Below, piece by piece: positions 1 through 12,124 of a stretch of 64,000 nucleotides of DNA. The stretch is from Octopus bimaculoides (lineage: Eukaryota): positions 37,369,940 to 37,433,939 of the forward strand of contig NC_068981.1 in the NCBI RefSeq assembly GCF_001194135.2, in the 5' to 3' direction. The notes below the pieces were generated by a model that ran no database searches, was not told the origin of the DNA, and saw only the letters and a program-made list of their open reading frames with translations. The position numbers and the translations under genes are program-made. Every line of letters starts with the position of its first letter. Within the stretch, counting starts at the first letter, position 1.

Positions 1-649
1 ACTATTAGCATACTGTGTTTTCTAATTGTTATTCTCTATCACAAGCCTAAGGCAACTGAATTTCCTTTTGAAAGTTGGATTAAATCACAGTACATTATTG
101 TATTTCTCTGGTCTAGACATATTTTGCTTTTTATGAGGCTTTATCACTTTGTTTCATGACTGTTAAATCCAAGAAAAGCACTTTCTTTTAAAACAAAAGA
201 AAAATCAAATAAGCAACATACTAAAATTAACAGCTAAATCTGCCTCAAATAACACCTTACAGTCTTAAAAAGAAGACGTACTAAACAATGCAATCCTGAG
301 TATATATTAATCTGGAAGAAAGATGCAATAAAAAAAGAAAAGAGAAGTTACAAGAGAAACGTGAGTAGATCAACAACATGAAATGCGTAAAAAATTTCAG
401 AGCCAACAACTGAGAAGAAAATAGTCAAAGGAAACTTTGGAAAAGCAAAAGTACGTTATTTTAAAACTCTGTTATGTAGATAAAATAAAAAGCACCAACG
501 TTCAAACATACCTCCATTAACAACAAATTGCAAAGTCAAAAACCATAACTGCCACCATTATTTTCATACTGAAGGTCCCTAATTCAAACTGTAATGACAG
601 CCAAAATTTCGACAACAACAACAGTGAAAATAACAATAATAATAATGAT

Positions 650-1480
650 AGAATACATACTAAAGCCCAAGTACATCCCATAAAGTACAATAACATTGAT
701 CAGTATACACCACATACCATAACACTAAAACATTCGAACATACTTTTAACAGAGAGTGCTAACAGATCTCAACATTGTTGGAACTAATAAATTAATTTTT
801 GCACATTAATACTGCATCTACATGAAGTAATGCTCCAAATCTTTAAATACATGCCAAAACTATGGTGGAGTCAATACTGTATATATAGAAATTACAAATG
901 ACATTTAAATGATAATTGACCATACCAATATGCTATAAGTGCAAGTATCTAAAATAAAATCATCAACAAGAACTACATTAATGTAACAAATAAATACTTA
1001 TCTCTCCTAGAAAATCTTTCATCACAGGTATATCCAATCAAAGTTGACCTGGGATTAACCATCAACTAAATACTTCCAACATAAAAAATAGTAATTCAGA
1101 TTACAGAACTGAAATTGTCAACCTGATAAAAAATACTTACATATAACATAACATCATTATACAAAGCAAAAATAAACTGGACATCAATCAACTAAATACA
1201 ATGAACCAAAAACTGTATACAGCATAAGCCACAAAACAAGCTATAAAACAGTATAAAGAGTAATTAGCATCATCAACAACTTTATCAACTCCTTTTAACT
1301 TACGTTGCTCAACACAACCCCACCTTAATTCCCATTACTAATGTTTACGATGTAATGCAAATAATGGAGTCCAAAACGCAGAATGTATACTTATGGCTGA
1401 AAGAAATAATTACACTCATTAATGTTATCAACCACTCATACCAACATTGCCAAATTCTTACAAACTATATTTATCTATCT
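650..1480 (+). mobile_element. Highly decayed Penelope-like element, RT thumb to GIY-YIG region
   Basis: Frameshifted peptides in the expected order: QISTL/TNKLIF, NYINVTNKYLSLLEN, TSNIKN, LYKAKI, SHKTSYK, STTLS, CILMAER. These parallel the clearer PLE copy at 48840-49650. Confidence 0.5.
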
Positions 1481-1486
1481 ATCTGT

Positions 1487-1488
<2 letters not shown>

Positions 1489-1528
<40 letters not shown>
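1489..1528. repeat. (TA)n microsatellite
   Basis: Direct reading. Confidence 0.95.
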
Positions 1529-1531
<3 letters not shown>

Positions 1532-1714
1532 GATAGGAATGTAATCCAAGCTGTGTCCTCATGAAGCACGACTGGATATTCCAGTACTCTAAAGTATTTT
1601 TGTAAATGTTATATACTATTATATATTATATGAAATTTTAAAATGCTGGAGAATACTGGAAAGTACTTATTGCAGGGTAATTACATATTAAAGTCGAAAA
1701 CTGGCAAACGTTTT

Positions 1715-1990
1715 TGGTGTTATTACCGTGTGCGCATAAGCGAAAGCAGGGTATTGTAATCACTTGTCTTTGTCAGTGTGTTTGCAAAATTACTGGGAAA
1801 CGGCTGAACGGATTTTAACCAAATTTGACTGAAATACTCATTGGATAAGTGATTTAAGATGATGAAAATTCGGTTTGATTATCTTCAAAACTAGCGGACA
1901 GGTAAATCAAAATGTTTTCACTGTGCAGATTTTTTGCAAAAGAATTAATATGCACACAGGGTATGCATCGTTTTGACATGTCCTCAGCAC
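1715..1990 (+). mobile_element. Non-autonomous Helentron/DINE-like (HINE) element fragment
   Basis: Begins ttattacc, then an imperfect hairpin and gggtattg, followed by AAACGGCTGAACGGATTTTAACCAAATTTG, the core typical of DINE-1/HINE-type repeats. Confidence 0.5.
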
Positions 1991-2574
1991 AAGTATCTAT
2001 TACTAGCACATAAAAACATGTATTATATCTATTAAATATTATTTATCTCTCACCAGATGGAGTACATTTTTTTTAGCTTACCATCATGGAACAGTACACA
2101 ATATATATATAAAGCTCAATTTAATTTTAATTTTTTATAAATTGATTTTAATTGAGTTTTTACCTGTAATTTTGAATTTTGTCCCTAATATTATTATATA
2201 CATATATATAAAGAGAAACGATGAAATAACACAGAAGATTTGTTTTACAGGATTTAAGAGTATATTAGAGCCATGATAATAAAGAAATAAGGTTTTGTTC
2301 TTTCAACATAATTGAAGTAAGGAACAGTTTCACATTGCTCATCAAACTGAGTTGAAAAAATTGTATAATATCTTTATTATCATGGCTCTGTATATACCCA
2401 CCACGTATGTTTCCCCACTAAAATATTTTCTACCTTACACACACACATGTTGGCTTGGCGATAACTATTAATTTCCAGTACCGCTGCCGTAGTCTCCTTT
2501 AGAGAGACTTAGAAATATTAATAACTCTATTTCTGAAAACCAGTGGATAGATTCCACTGAAATTAGATAAATAA

Positions 2575-2708
2575 CCTTCGAGCAGATAGTCAGCAGCGCC
2601 GCCTGGCTGGGGCTTGGCTGCTCTGCATTGACAAGGGGCAACACCCTGAAACTAGTCTGCAGATGCCAAACCAGCAGGGGGACACTGCTGACCTCCCCTG
2701 TTCGAAGG
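2575..2708. mobile_element. 134-bp MITE-like inverted-repeat element, piggyBac-like ends
   Basis: Ends CCTTCGAGCAG...CTGTTCGAAGG. Imperfect inverted arms of about 45 bp. Flanks ATAA and TTAT each differ from TTAA by one base. Confidence 0.45.
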
Positions 2709-3071
2709 TTATAAAGAACACAGGTTTCGTGTGTCACATAGCTAGCTAGAGGCGATGGCTACTTGGAGCTAATTNNNNNNNNNNNNNNNNNNNNNNNNNN
2801 NNNNNNNNNNNNNNNNNNNNNNNNNNNNNNNNNNNNNNNNNNNNNNNNNNNNNNNNNNNNNNNNNNNNNNNNGTAGACACATGTGGGTACATACATACAT
2901 ATGCGACTGTGTGTGAGTGTGTAGAGTGATGGTTTCAAAGGTTTCGTATATTTGTGAGTTGATTTCTTAATTTAAGCGGAGTATAAATACCTGTAATGGT
3001 GATACTTAAAAAAATAAATAATTTAAAAAAAAATTGAACTTACAAATTTCCCAAGGAGCAAGTGGTCCTAT

Positions 3072-3103
3072 TAACCCTAACTCTAACCTTAACCCTAACC
3101 CTA
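3072..3103. repeat. Short degenerate interstitial (TAACCC)n telomere-like array
   Basis: taaccc taactc taacct taaccc taaccc. Confidence 0.85.
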
Positions 3104-4229
3104 CAACGAACTACAGTACGTTTGATTCACCTGCCATCACTGAAAGACGTTGAAAGCACTTCTCAAATTCTATGCAATATTTTCTATAAGTATTGCATTT
3201 TGTTCCCTTTCATTTTCATAATCATGATTATTATTTGAATAATCATTTATTTTACTCATATGCATTTTAGGTAGACATCGATAAGCCTACACTGTCTTCT
3301 ATTTAGGCTTCTAATCCTTTTATTTTTTGTCAAATACCTACAAAGCTTAATTCATTTCAATTAAAAAGCATGGGTAAGCAACGTGTTGTAAACCACACTA
3401 TAATTTACAAAACATTTTACTTGTGCACTGGATATGCATCGCTCCTCTGATGCCTTTGTTCCCGTTTATTCTGCACTATATATAATTCATTGCTAATAGG
3501 AGTTAGATAGGCATACATGTAGAAAAAACATGTAAGACATCACCTATTAGTAACTCTTCCGACAAAAATTGAAATAATTTTAAAATAATATGTCTAATCT
3601 TAATTCTCAGTCTGAAGAATTACTAAGAGGAGATATCTTACCTAACTCCTTTTAGTAACATAGCATATTTAATGCAGAATAAGTAATACCAAAAATTTTT
3701 CGTTTTTCCATTTTAATATAGATATGTGTGTGTGTGTGTGTGTAAGTATGTATTGATATCTAATACAAAGTACAGATTTAAGTCAGTTACAAAAAGTGTT
3801 AACTTTCAATTATATAAACTGAAACCAATAGAAAACAGTTTTATACCCAACCAAATTTAAGTTAATATTTTTTCAGTACTGCATACCCAGAATAACATTT
3901 AAACTTGTGAATATATTCTCAAATGATAGGCCTTGCTTAAAGATATTTTCTGTCTTGTTTTGTTTTGTAAAAGAAATAGATTGATAACTTAACACCTTAT
4001 GGGATACCTTAGCAAAGTGTTAAAATTAATTGGTTTTATTCATTAGTAATCAAGTCAGTCATAAGAAATCTATCGCAACAAAGAAAAATATAACAAAGTT
4101 TGCTTATGTTTCACAAAAGAAAAATATTTCTATAGTTTACAAATGTAATAATAATAATAATAATAATAATAATGATGATGANNNNNNNNNNTGATGATGA
4201 TAGTAATAATAAAAATAATAATAATAATA

Positions 4230-5370
4230 TTAGAGTGGAATTTGGACTCAAAAAGTGTGGAATAATCTGCCTAAAAAGAGGCAAGGTACAGTCCCTACCA
4301 GGGATAGAATCTGCCACCAGTACTGTATCATCAGCAAACAACAACAATTGACTCCCCTGCCATTTCTCTCCAATTTTCTCCCACCATTTGGGGTTCCCTA
4401 CCAAAGGATCTAGTATTTACCTCTCTCACCACACCATCCATATATAAATTAAACAGCCACAGAGACATCACGCAACCCCGTCTTAAATCCACCTTCACAT
4501 CAAACCACTCACTTCACCACCCACCATAATGTTCACCTTACTTTCTCTATAAAAACTCTGTGAAGAGCTCTCAACAATCTACCATCTACTCCACACAGCT
4601 GCAACACCTGCCACATTGCATCCCTATTCACATGGTCATATGCCTTCTTTGGGTCCATAAAGGCTCATTACACCTCCCTCCCTTTTGTCAAAAACTTCTC
4701 TGATCAGGAACTCCATATTTTCCTACTACATTTTCTACTTCCTCATTTCCTACTCATGCATTCAAATCACCCAACACTACCATATAACGACTTTTCCCCC
4801 ACCCTATCCACACACTCTGTCAGTTCCCTCCAGAACTCCTTTACTTCTCCCTCACACCTTTCACTCTCTGGACCATATGCACTAAAAAACACCGACATCT
4901 CTCCTCTTCACTTCATCGTAACCCACATTAACTTGAAGACACTTCCCTCCACTTCACTACACCCTCCTTCACATGCTCACTCACCAGCAATGCCATTCCC
5001 TCACAAGCCCTCCCCCTCCTATTTCCGTCACTTGTCCAGTCACATCCCCAAACTGGCACTCTCTCTTACCCTTCATCTTAGTCTCGCTCAGTGCCAGCAC
5101 ATCCATCCTTTCCTCATCATCACATTCCCTGTCTCTCTCCTCTTTACCTTGCTTGTACTACATCCACGCACTTTCCATGACCCTGTTACTTGGGTGAAAT
5201 TTGGTGTTAACCTTCTCCCACCCACTTCTCTTTTTCTTGCTGTCTTTTTAGGAATATGAAATTATTAGGAGGAGTGGATTCCCAGGTCTTTCACTCCTGC
5301 CCCTTTTAGTTGCCTCTTATGCCATGCAGGCAACACGGTGATTGCATACTACCAATCCCCACCACCAGTT
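4230..5370 (-). mobile_element. RTE-clade LINE, internally deleted and 3'-truncated (5' UTR, AP endonuclease N-terminus, RT core fragment)
   Basis: Minus-strand peptides: MDVLALSETKMKGK, GMALLVSEHVKEGVVKWREVSS, VFFSAYGP (APE domain); EKFLTKGRE, AFMDPKKAYDHVNRDAMWQVL and LLFADDTVLVADS (RT). Many stops and frameshifts. Confidence 0.9.
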
Positions 5371-5384
5371 GCAGTTCAATAATA

Positions 5385-5610
5385 ATAATTATTATTATCG
5401 TTTCTACTACAGGTACAAGGCCTGACATTTGTGGGGAGTGGGTAAGGTGATCACATCGACCCCAATGTTTCACTGGTGCTTAATTAATCAACCCTGAAAG
5501 GATAAAAGTCAAAGTAGACCTTGGTAGAATTTGAACTCAGAATATAGAAACGGATGAAATACCGCTAAGCAGTTTATCCAGCATGCTAACGATTCTGCTA
5601 GCTCACTGCC
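5385..5610 (-). mobile_element. tRNA-derived SINE, family A
   Basis: Head AGGCAGTGAGCTAGCAGAATCGTTAGC, B-box-like GAGTTCAAATTCT, AAT tail. Many copies in the window. Confidence 0.85.
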
Positions 5611-5749
5611 TTAATAATAATGATAATGATAATAATAATGATGATGATAATAAAGATAATAACGTTCCATTTATAATTAAATTAGTTTTTCCTTTTTTCT
5701 TCTTCAATTCCTCATTAACAGAGGAATAATCCAGAAAAATATATTTTGC

Positions 5750-5925
5750 TTGCTTCTGATTGAGCAAACTTATGAAGAAAAGATACTCCAACTGTAGTCA
5801 TCTCACCTGAAACATATGCTATGGCAGGCTACACTGGTCAATATATCTTCCACATTTAATAAAGGATGGTTGAGTGTTGTTTAAGAGATATTTGTCTGCT
5901 ATGTTAAGCAAGTCAAGTAATCATG
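5750..5925 (-). mobile_element. Retroposon module D, degenerate
   Basis: Reverse complement matches the repeated unit at 20290-26085. Confidence 0.55.
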
Positions 5926-6949
5926 TAAAGTTAATGCTAAAATGTAAGTATACAGGAATAGTAAGAACATCTTTGCCAATTTATATATTACATCGTATAC
6001 ATTGTTCTAAAAACATTCAGTTGAAGAAAGTTGAGAGTGTAGTCACACCAAAGCTCTTAAATTTTATTTATATATTGCTACCAAATCTTTTTGAACAGAC
6101 TCTGTTTTCTGAGAGAGATTTTTGTTATATATTTTTTGTCTAAAGAAAAACAATAACATCACAAAACGATTCTGACTTCTAAATTTTAGAACAGAATGTT
6201 GGATCAATATGAACTGACATGCTGGATATTTTATGTTTGGTGTGCTGGACCTAAGGATAATTTGTTAACCATTCATTCATTCTACTACCTTTGTGGCATA
6301 TGTTTTTGTTAAGCACAGTTGAGCAAGGAAAACCAGCAATAAATAAAAAAAAATCATCAACATCAGCTTAGTGTTAGACATGAATCATACTGTTTAGGAT
6401 AGACTCTCATCAGTTTGATGAGAATTTCCCTTATATTAACAATGCAGATGAGAAAGATAGGGATATCATGACTTCCTACTTACTGAAAGTTCCTAGTTTT
6501 AAGGGGATCATGCCTATTTAATAAATCTTCATGAAGTAAAAAAGATTATAAATAAACAAATAAAATCTGAAATTTATTGAATATATCTCCATTAATGCTC
6601 ATGCTTAATATTAACGTTTATGAGTAAACAGGGAAAAATAATTTATGAATACATAATTCTATCCAACAATGGAATTTTCCAGAAAATATATTTTGATAAT
6701 AATTAAAATTTTTTTTCTCAAATTGAAATATTAATTTTATTCATTTTTCAAGGATAGCCCTGCACAATGATATAATATATTCTCTTGTACCTTGCACCTA
6801 ACTCAATAATTGTTGTTGTACTCGTTTAAAAGTATACAAAAATCTAATAGCAAAATACTCGTATATGTAGATAGGCTGATAACAAGGTACATATTAGATT
6901 ATGTGATCAGATAGGCTGACAGAATACTTATTAAAAAGAGATGTATGAA

Positions 6950-7146
6950 AATAACTAATATATATNNNNNNNNNNTAACCAATATATGCATATGATAAGT
7001 ATAAGTGGTAATGATATGCATATTACATGCATATATATGTATACAAACATAAACATACACCCATGTGTATATGTATGTGTGTGTGTGTCTGTGTTTATAT
7101 ATATGCATGAATGTATGTGTGTATATGTGTGTACGTACACATGTAC

Positions 7147-7185
<39 letters not shown>

Positions 7186-7195
7186 NNNNNNNNNN

Positions 7196-7226
<31 letters not shown>

Positions 7227-7260
7227 TACACACACATATATATAATATAGTATATTATTA
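6950..7260. repeat. Compound (TA)/(TG) microsatellite with two N-gaps
   Basis: Direct reading. Confidence 0.9.
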
Positions 7261-8109
7261 CAGGCACTTATTCATTTATACATTTATATATGCTCAAGCA
7301 TATGCATTATATTCAATTCCATTTACTTTCATTACATTGTACAATTACAATGAAGGTGAATTACATCACAAATTTCAATGAATAAAACATTAACATCAAT
7401 TATACTCTATGATATTGGAAAATAAATGCATACACATCTTATCAAAATAAAGGAACACCTGCAAAATTCTTGGCTTTAAAAATATCCAGTACATTAGAGC
7501 TTCTTCTTATAATTTAATTATTATGGTCATGGAATTTTAGTCACCAGGGCTTCTTATAATTCAATTATGTTAGTCATGGAATTATTTTTAATCTGTGAAA
7601 GAGTGTTTTATTTTATACCTATAGTTTATTATTTATTTTGTTCTTTGACCTCAATTTTGTTGTCACTTAAATTTGATTTAAAATTCATATACTTCCTTTT
7701 TATTCAGTGTTGTTAAGAGGATTTATCAATTTTTATTTAATATAATTAGATATGTAAGAAAAGGTGTCTATCTAGGTTTAGCTTAATATATCCCATTATA
7801 GAAGGTAAACAAATGTTAACCTCCTTTGGTGAGATATGTTAAAGAAATGGTTTTCCTGATGAAGGCCAGTGTTTCTGGACTTTCAAAATGAAGCTAAAAG
7901 AAAGAATAATAAACGTTATAACAGCCACTATACATAGAATTGTTTAATGAAATATTTAAAGAATAGTCATAAATAGTGCAAGGAAATTTTAAAAGCCAAT
8001 AATAAATAACTGTTTAGTAAGGAAAAACCAAATGGCCTATCTTAATTATTCCGGAAAGTATAGCAGACAATAAATTTAGATACATTCTGGTATTATTAAA
8101 CTTCCTCAG

Positions 8110-8220
8110 TAAAGGTGCAGCCAATTTTCTCTCCACTTGTAACATTCTGCTAAGTCATGCTTGTGAAAGATACTTGTGGTATTGCGGTGTTGCGGTGTAT
8201 ACTTCGCTGCACTTGCCATG
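8110..8220 (+). promoter_or_regulatory. Candidate regulatory cluster: CCAAT box plus three tandem RUNX-consensus sites
   Basis: AGCCAAT near 8118; TGTGGT at 8175, TGCGGT at 8183 and 8191; CpGs retained in otherwise CpG-poor DNA. Confidence 0.3.
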
Positions 8221-10304
8221 AACACAAAGAAGAGTAACCAAGTTAAAGTTTGTATATAAGTTATGCAATGATCATTCAAAAAGAAGGAACATTTTCTGAA
8301 TTCAAAAGGTAAGAGAAAGTTGAAAAAGATTTAGCCCTTACAGATGGAAAGCAACTTACCTGTTATTCTTAATGTATTTGACAAAGACCACTAGTATAAA
8401 TATATTTAATTCCACTATTAAAAATGTTTGCTAAAGAAGGTAGAATTTATCATAGAAATTTTGTTTGATAGGAATATCAATCAAAAATAATGTGTAGTTG
8501 ACAAATGCAGTTTTTACACTATAGACAAAAAAAGAAACTTAATTTCTAAACTAATTTCTCTGAGGAATCAAGATATCTTCCTTTCTGACACCATCTTTGA
8601 TTCCAAGAGAAAACCAAATGAATATTTTAAGAAATATTGAATTTTGAGAGAGGAATATACAATTAGTTAAATCAAAGCAAACATTATTGACCCTGATAGG
8701 ACAAAAGCAAAGTTGACCTTGAAAGAATTTGAACTAAGAATTTAAAGAGTCAATGACTAAATACTGCAAGTTATTGTATCTACTGCTTTACATATTCTGT
8801 CAATCCACAGTCCTGATTTCATGAAGTATTGTTAATAATGACATCATTTGAAGGTATTTGTAAAATGGTGTCATCTGACAGAATGTTAATTATATTGTTG
8901 TGTACAATGAAAGTGCCACTGTACAAAACTGATTTCTAACATGGGCACAAAACTGCTACATGATTTTGAGAAAAGGTTTACTTGATTTTCTAAAACCCAA
9001 TAATACTTCGATGTGTGCTTCTTTTATCAACTCTAGAAGGATTACACTGAAACAATTTTGTTAAGCTACCTTATACGCTTTGTACACAACAACAATACTT
9101 TCCAAACAGGCCATGTAGTAACATGAAGCTCACTCTCACTCTTCCAAATTAAGCGATAGGTACCGCTAAAATTGAGAAATGGAGATTTGTTATGACTTGG
9201 AGAGTCTCCAAAGCTGAAACGTGGAAAAAATTTATGCCAAATATTTCTGAAACTAAAGCTATATTCAATCTCTATTTGCAGCAGTTCAGGAAGAATGGTA
9301 AAAATTAGAACCCATGTTATTCTTAAAATGTCCTTGCTGACACTATAATTAAGATGATTTAAATAACTATAACATTATCCTGCCAGAAACATTGATTATC
9401 AAAGTTTGGTTATGAATAAACAATAATATTTTATTTAAATTTGGATATAAAAAAATTTACTTCAGCAAATGTGGACACATTTTTAAAATCAAAACTTTTG
9501 TGGCTGTTGCATTGGAAATATTACAGAAATTTGTATATACAAGTGCAAATAGATTTGAAAATGATTATATTGGACCTTCATAGTAAAGAACACTGTTGCT
9601 GGAATGTGAGTTTTGACCATAAATACCTGACTAATCAGGTACTTATTTTTGTTTATGACTAGAATATGTTGACTTTTAACCTTTGTAGATCTTTATTGTT
9701 TCATTGATAAGATGGAGAAATGCTGGCATGTGTTGCTACCTCTTAATAGTAGGAAAAGCCAATATGACCAGTATAGTTGTTACTACTAGAATTTGATTTT
9801 GACCATTATACTTATGTCATCTGTCAAGTATTTATCTTTGTGATTATATTGTATGTAGTTATTTTATTATTTTGTTGAATTATGGATATTTCTTCCATTA
9901 TTAATCATCTAATTATATGGGGAAATGATTCTGTTTGGTAGAATATAAACGTGTTTTCTACTAATGTTCCCCTGACTTGTATTCAGTTGTGTTACTCCTT
10001 GTTGAATGTGCATAATAAGCTAACAAGAGAGTGCATAGCCAATGTAACAGTTAGCATCATTAAACTAATAACTTTAACATTTGTGATTGATTCTATAAAT
10101 TATGTTGACAATTAGTAGCTTGTTCATGATTTTACATGCTTGGAGTTTGTTGTTGATAAGGTTTTTAATTCTAGTTTTTAAGTAATATATTATTTGTATT
10201 AATTTTTATTTAATATAATGCATTTTCTGTTCTGTTTAATGAAGATTTTTTTTGTAATGTATTAACTCATTATATAGTTGGTATGCATTCAATTAATATA
10301 TTAG

Positions 10305-10460
10305 GTGCAGGCATAACTGTGGCAAGAAGTTTACATCCTGGTCACATGGTTTCACGTTCACTCCTACTGCATAGCACATTAGACAAGTGTCTTCTATGTA
10401 GCTCTGGATCAACCAATGACTTGTTTGTGGGTGAATTTAGCAGAAAGAAACTCATCATGT
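10305..10460 (+). mobile_element. tRNA-derived SINE family B, head only
   Basis: Matches the head of the copy at 27098. Confidence 0.7.
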
Positions 10461-10464
10461 ATAC

Positions 10465-10868
10465 ATATTTTACTTGTTTCAGTCATTAGACTGTTGCCAT
10501 ACTAGGGCAACACCTTGAGGAATTTTAATCGAACTAATTGTCCCCAGTATTAATTTTCCCTTTAAGCTTGGAACTTAATTCTATCGGTCTATTTTGCTAA
10601 ATCTCTAAATTACAGGGATGTAAACACACCAACACCGATTGTCAGTTGGTGGGGGAGACAAACACAAGCATAAAGACAGACACACACACACACATGTACA
10701 CACACACATATGCAAAAGGTTTCTTTCAGTTTCCATCTACCAAATCCATTCACAAGCCTTTAGTTAGCCTAAGGGTACAGTAAAAGACATTTGCCCGGGT
10801 GCCACTCAGTGGGACTGAACCTGGGACCATATGGTTGGAAAGTAAACTTCCTACAGAACAGCCATGTG
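10465..10868 (-). mobile_element. SINE family B, full length (head, microsatellite hinge, tail 1)
   Basis: Reverse complement of the 27098-27690 architecture. Confidence 0.85.
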
Positions 10869-10899
10869 TATAAGTACATGAACATGTGTGTATAAACAC

Positions 10900-11110
10900 G
10901 TGTGTAACTGTCTCCTTGCTTTGACAAGTGTCACTGCCATGTATGCTGTGTGCTTTGCTTCCAGTCTTCGGTGAAAACATCTGACCATATGGAAATACTA
11001 CATTCTTCGGATTCAGGTGAGGATTGAAAACAAGAAGGGTGTTGGGCCATAGAAAATCTGTCACAACAAAATTCACCCAAACCATGCAAGAATGAAAATA
11101 AATGATAATG
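10900..11110 (+). mobile_element. SINE 3' module E (RTE-like tail)
   Basis: ...AAGAAGGGTGTTGGGCCATAGAAAATCTG...CCATGCAAGAATG, then a (GAT)-rich tail; similar to 43790-43995. Confidence 0.7.
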
Positions 11111-12094
11111 ATGTTATTGATTATGATGATTATTTCACATTGAGTATGGCTTCTGTATTTTAATATATGTAGTAATTATGTATTGAAAGAGATGTATTTC
11201 TTGCTGTATTAATTTATTGCTTGATATATTAATTTGTTAGAACAGAACTTATTAAATTCTATTTGTTTTATTCTGTAGATTTTTTTATCTAGTACTTTGT
11301 GGAGAAGAATCTAGAAATATTACTACTGACATTTTTTATCAGTGTCGACATTTGCTATCTCCAATCCTGTCTTTATTTATGTAAGCATATACTTGTGTAC
11401 TTGGTGTAAACAGGTAATTTTATTTGCAGAACATTTATTTATAAACATTTATTAAAAAAATGTTATTATACTGCTACGAATGTTGTTAGTATTGTTCTGG
11501 CTGTTGAATTTTAACATGGAGTTGTTTTTTAGTTCTTTGTTTATTTTGTTGGTTTCTTGCACTGTATCCATTATGATGAATATATTGTCCAGGTACTTGA
11601 AGTATACTGCATGTTAAGCCCACTTTGTTTTTAATTTTGGCTATGTACATCATCAAAAGCATGGGTTCCATAAGGCTTATCAGAATGTACAACACATCTC
11701 AATGTACTATATAAAATGCACCTCTTTCTCCTCCACTTATCATCTCCACACCTCAAAACCCCACACTAAACACTTTTTTAACTTCCATCTACAAAAACTA
11801 AATTTCACTGAAACATCCACTCATCTATGGAATATAAAATGATACTGATTTTTTTGTATATGGATGTGTGTCTGTGAGTAAGTCTGTATGTATGTGTATG
11901 TCTGAGTGTGTATATATACCCTGTGATAAGAATGCATATGCTCCTAGGAAGGTAATTCCATGTTGAGTTCTTTAAAATAGTGTTTGTAAGATAGTTTCGT
12001 TCAACAGATATATCGGTACTAGTTTTATATTGAACTCCCATGACTGCTGGCCACATTTTATGTTACCTGATAAGAGATAGAATTCTTCAAACAG

Positions 12095-12124
12095 AACATT
12101 CTTTAGAGGAAAACTTGCAACAGG
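12095..12124 (+). other. Candidate small exon (30 nt; alternative acceptors at 12075 and 12081)
   Basis: ttcttcaaacag|AACATTCTTTAGAGGAAAACTTGCAACAGG|gtaagt. Consensus donor, open frame EHSLEENLQQ. Confidence 0.3.

Noticed and set aside
2468-2737. 89-aa ORF in the GC-rich segment
   Set aside because: Explained by the inverted-repeat element; no recognisable domain.
6060-6145. Minus-strand terminal exon candidate after a strong acceptor at 6140
   Set aside because: Two frames give short, equally unremarkable peptides, which cannot be distinguished from chance.
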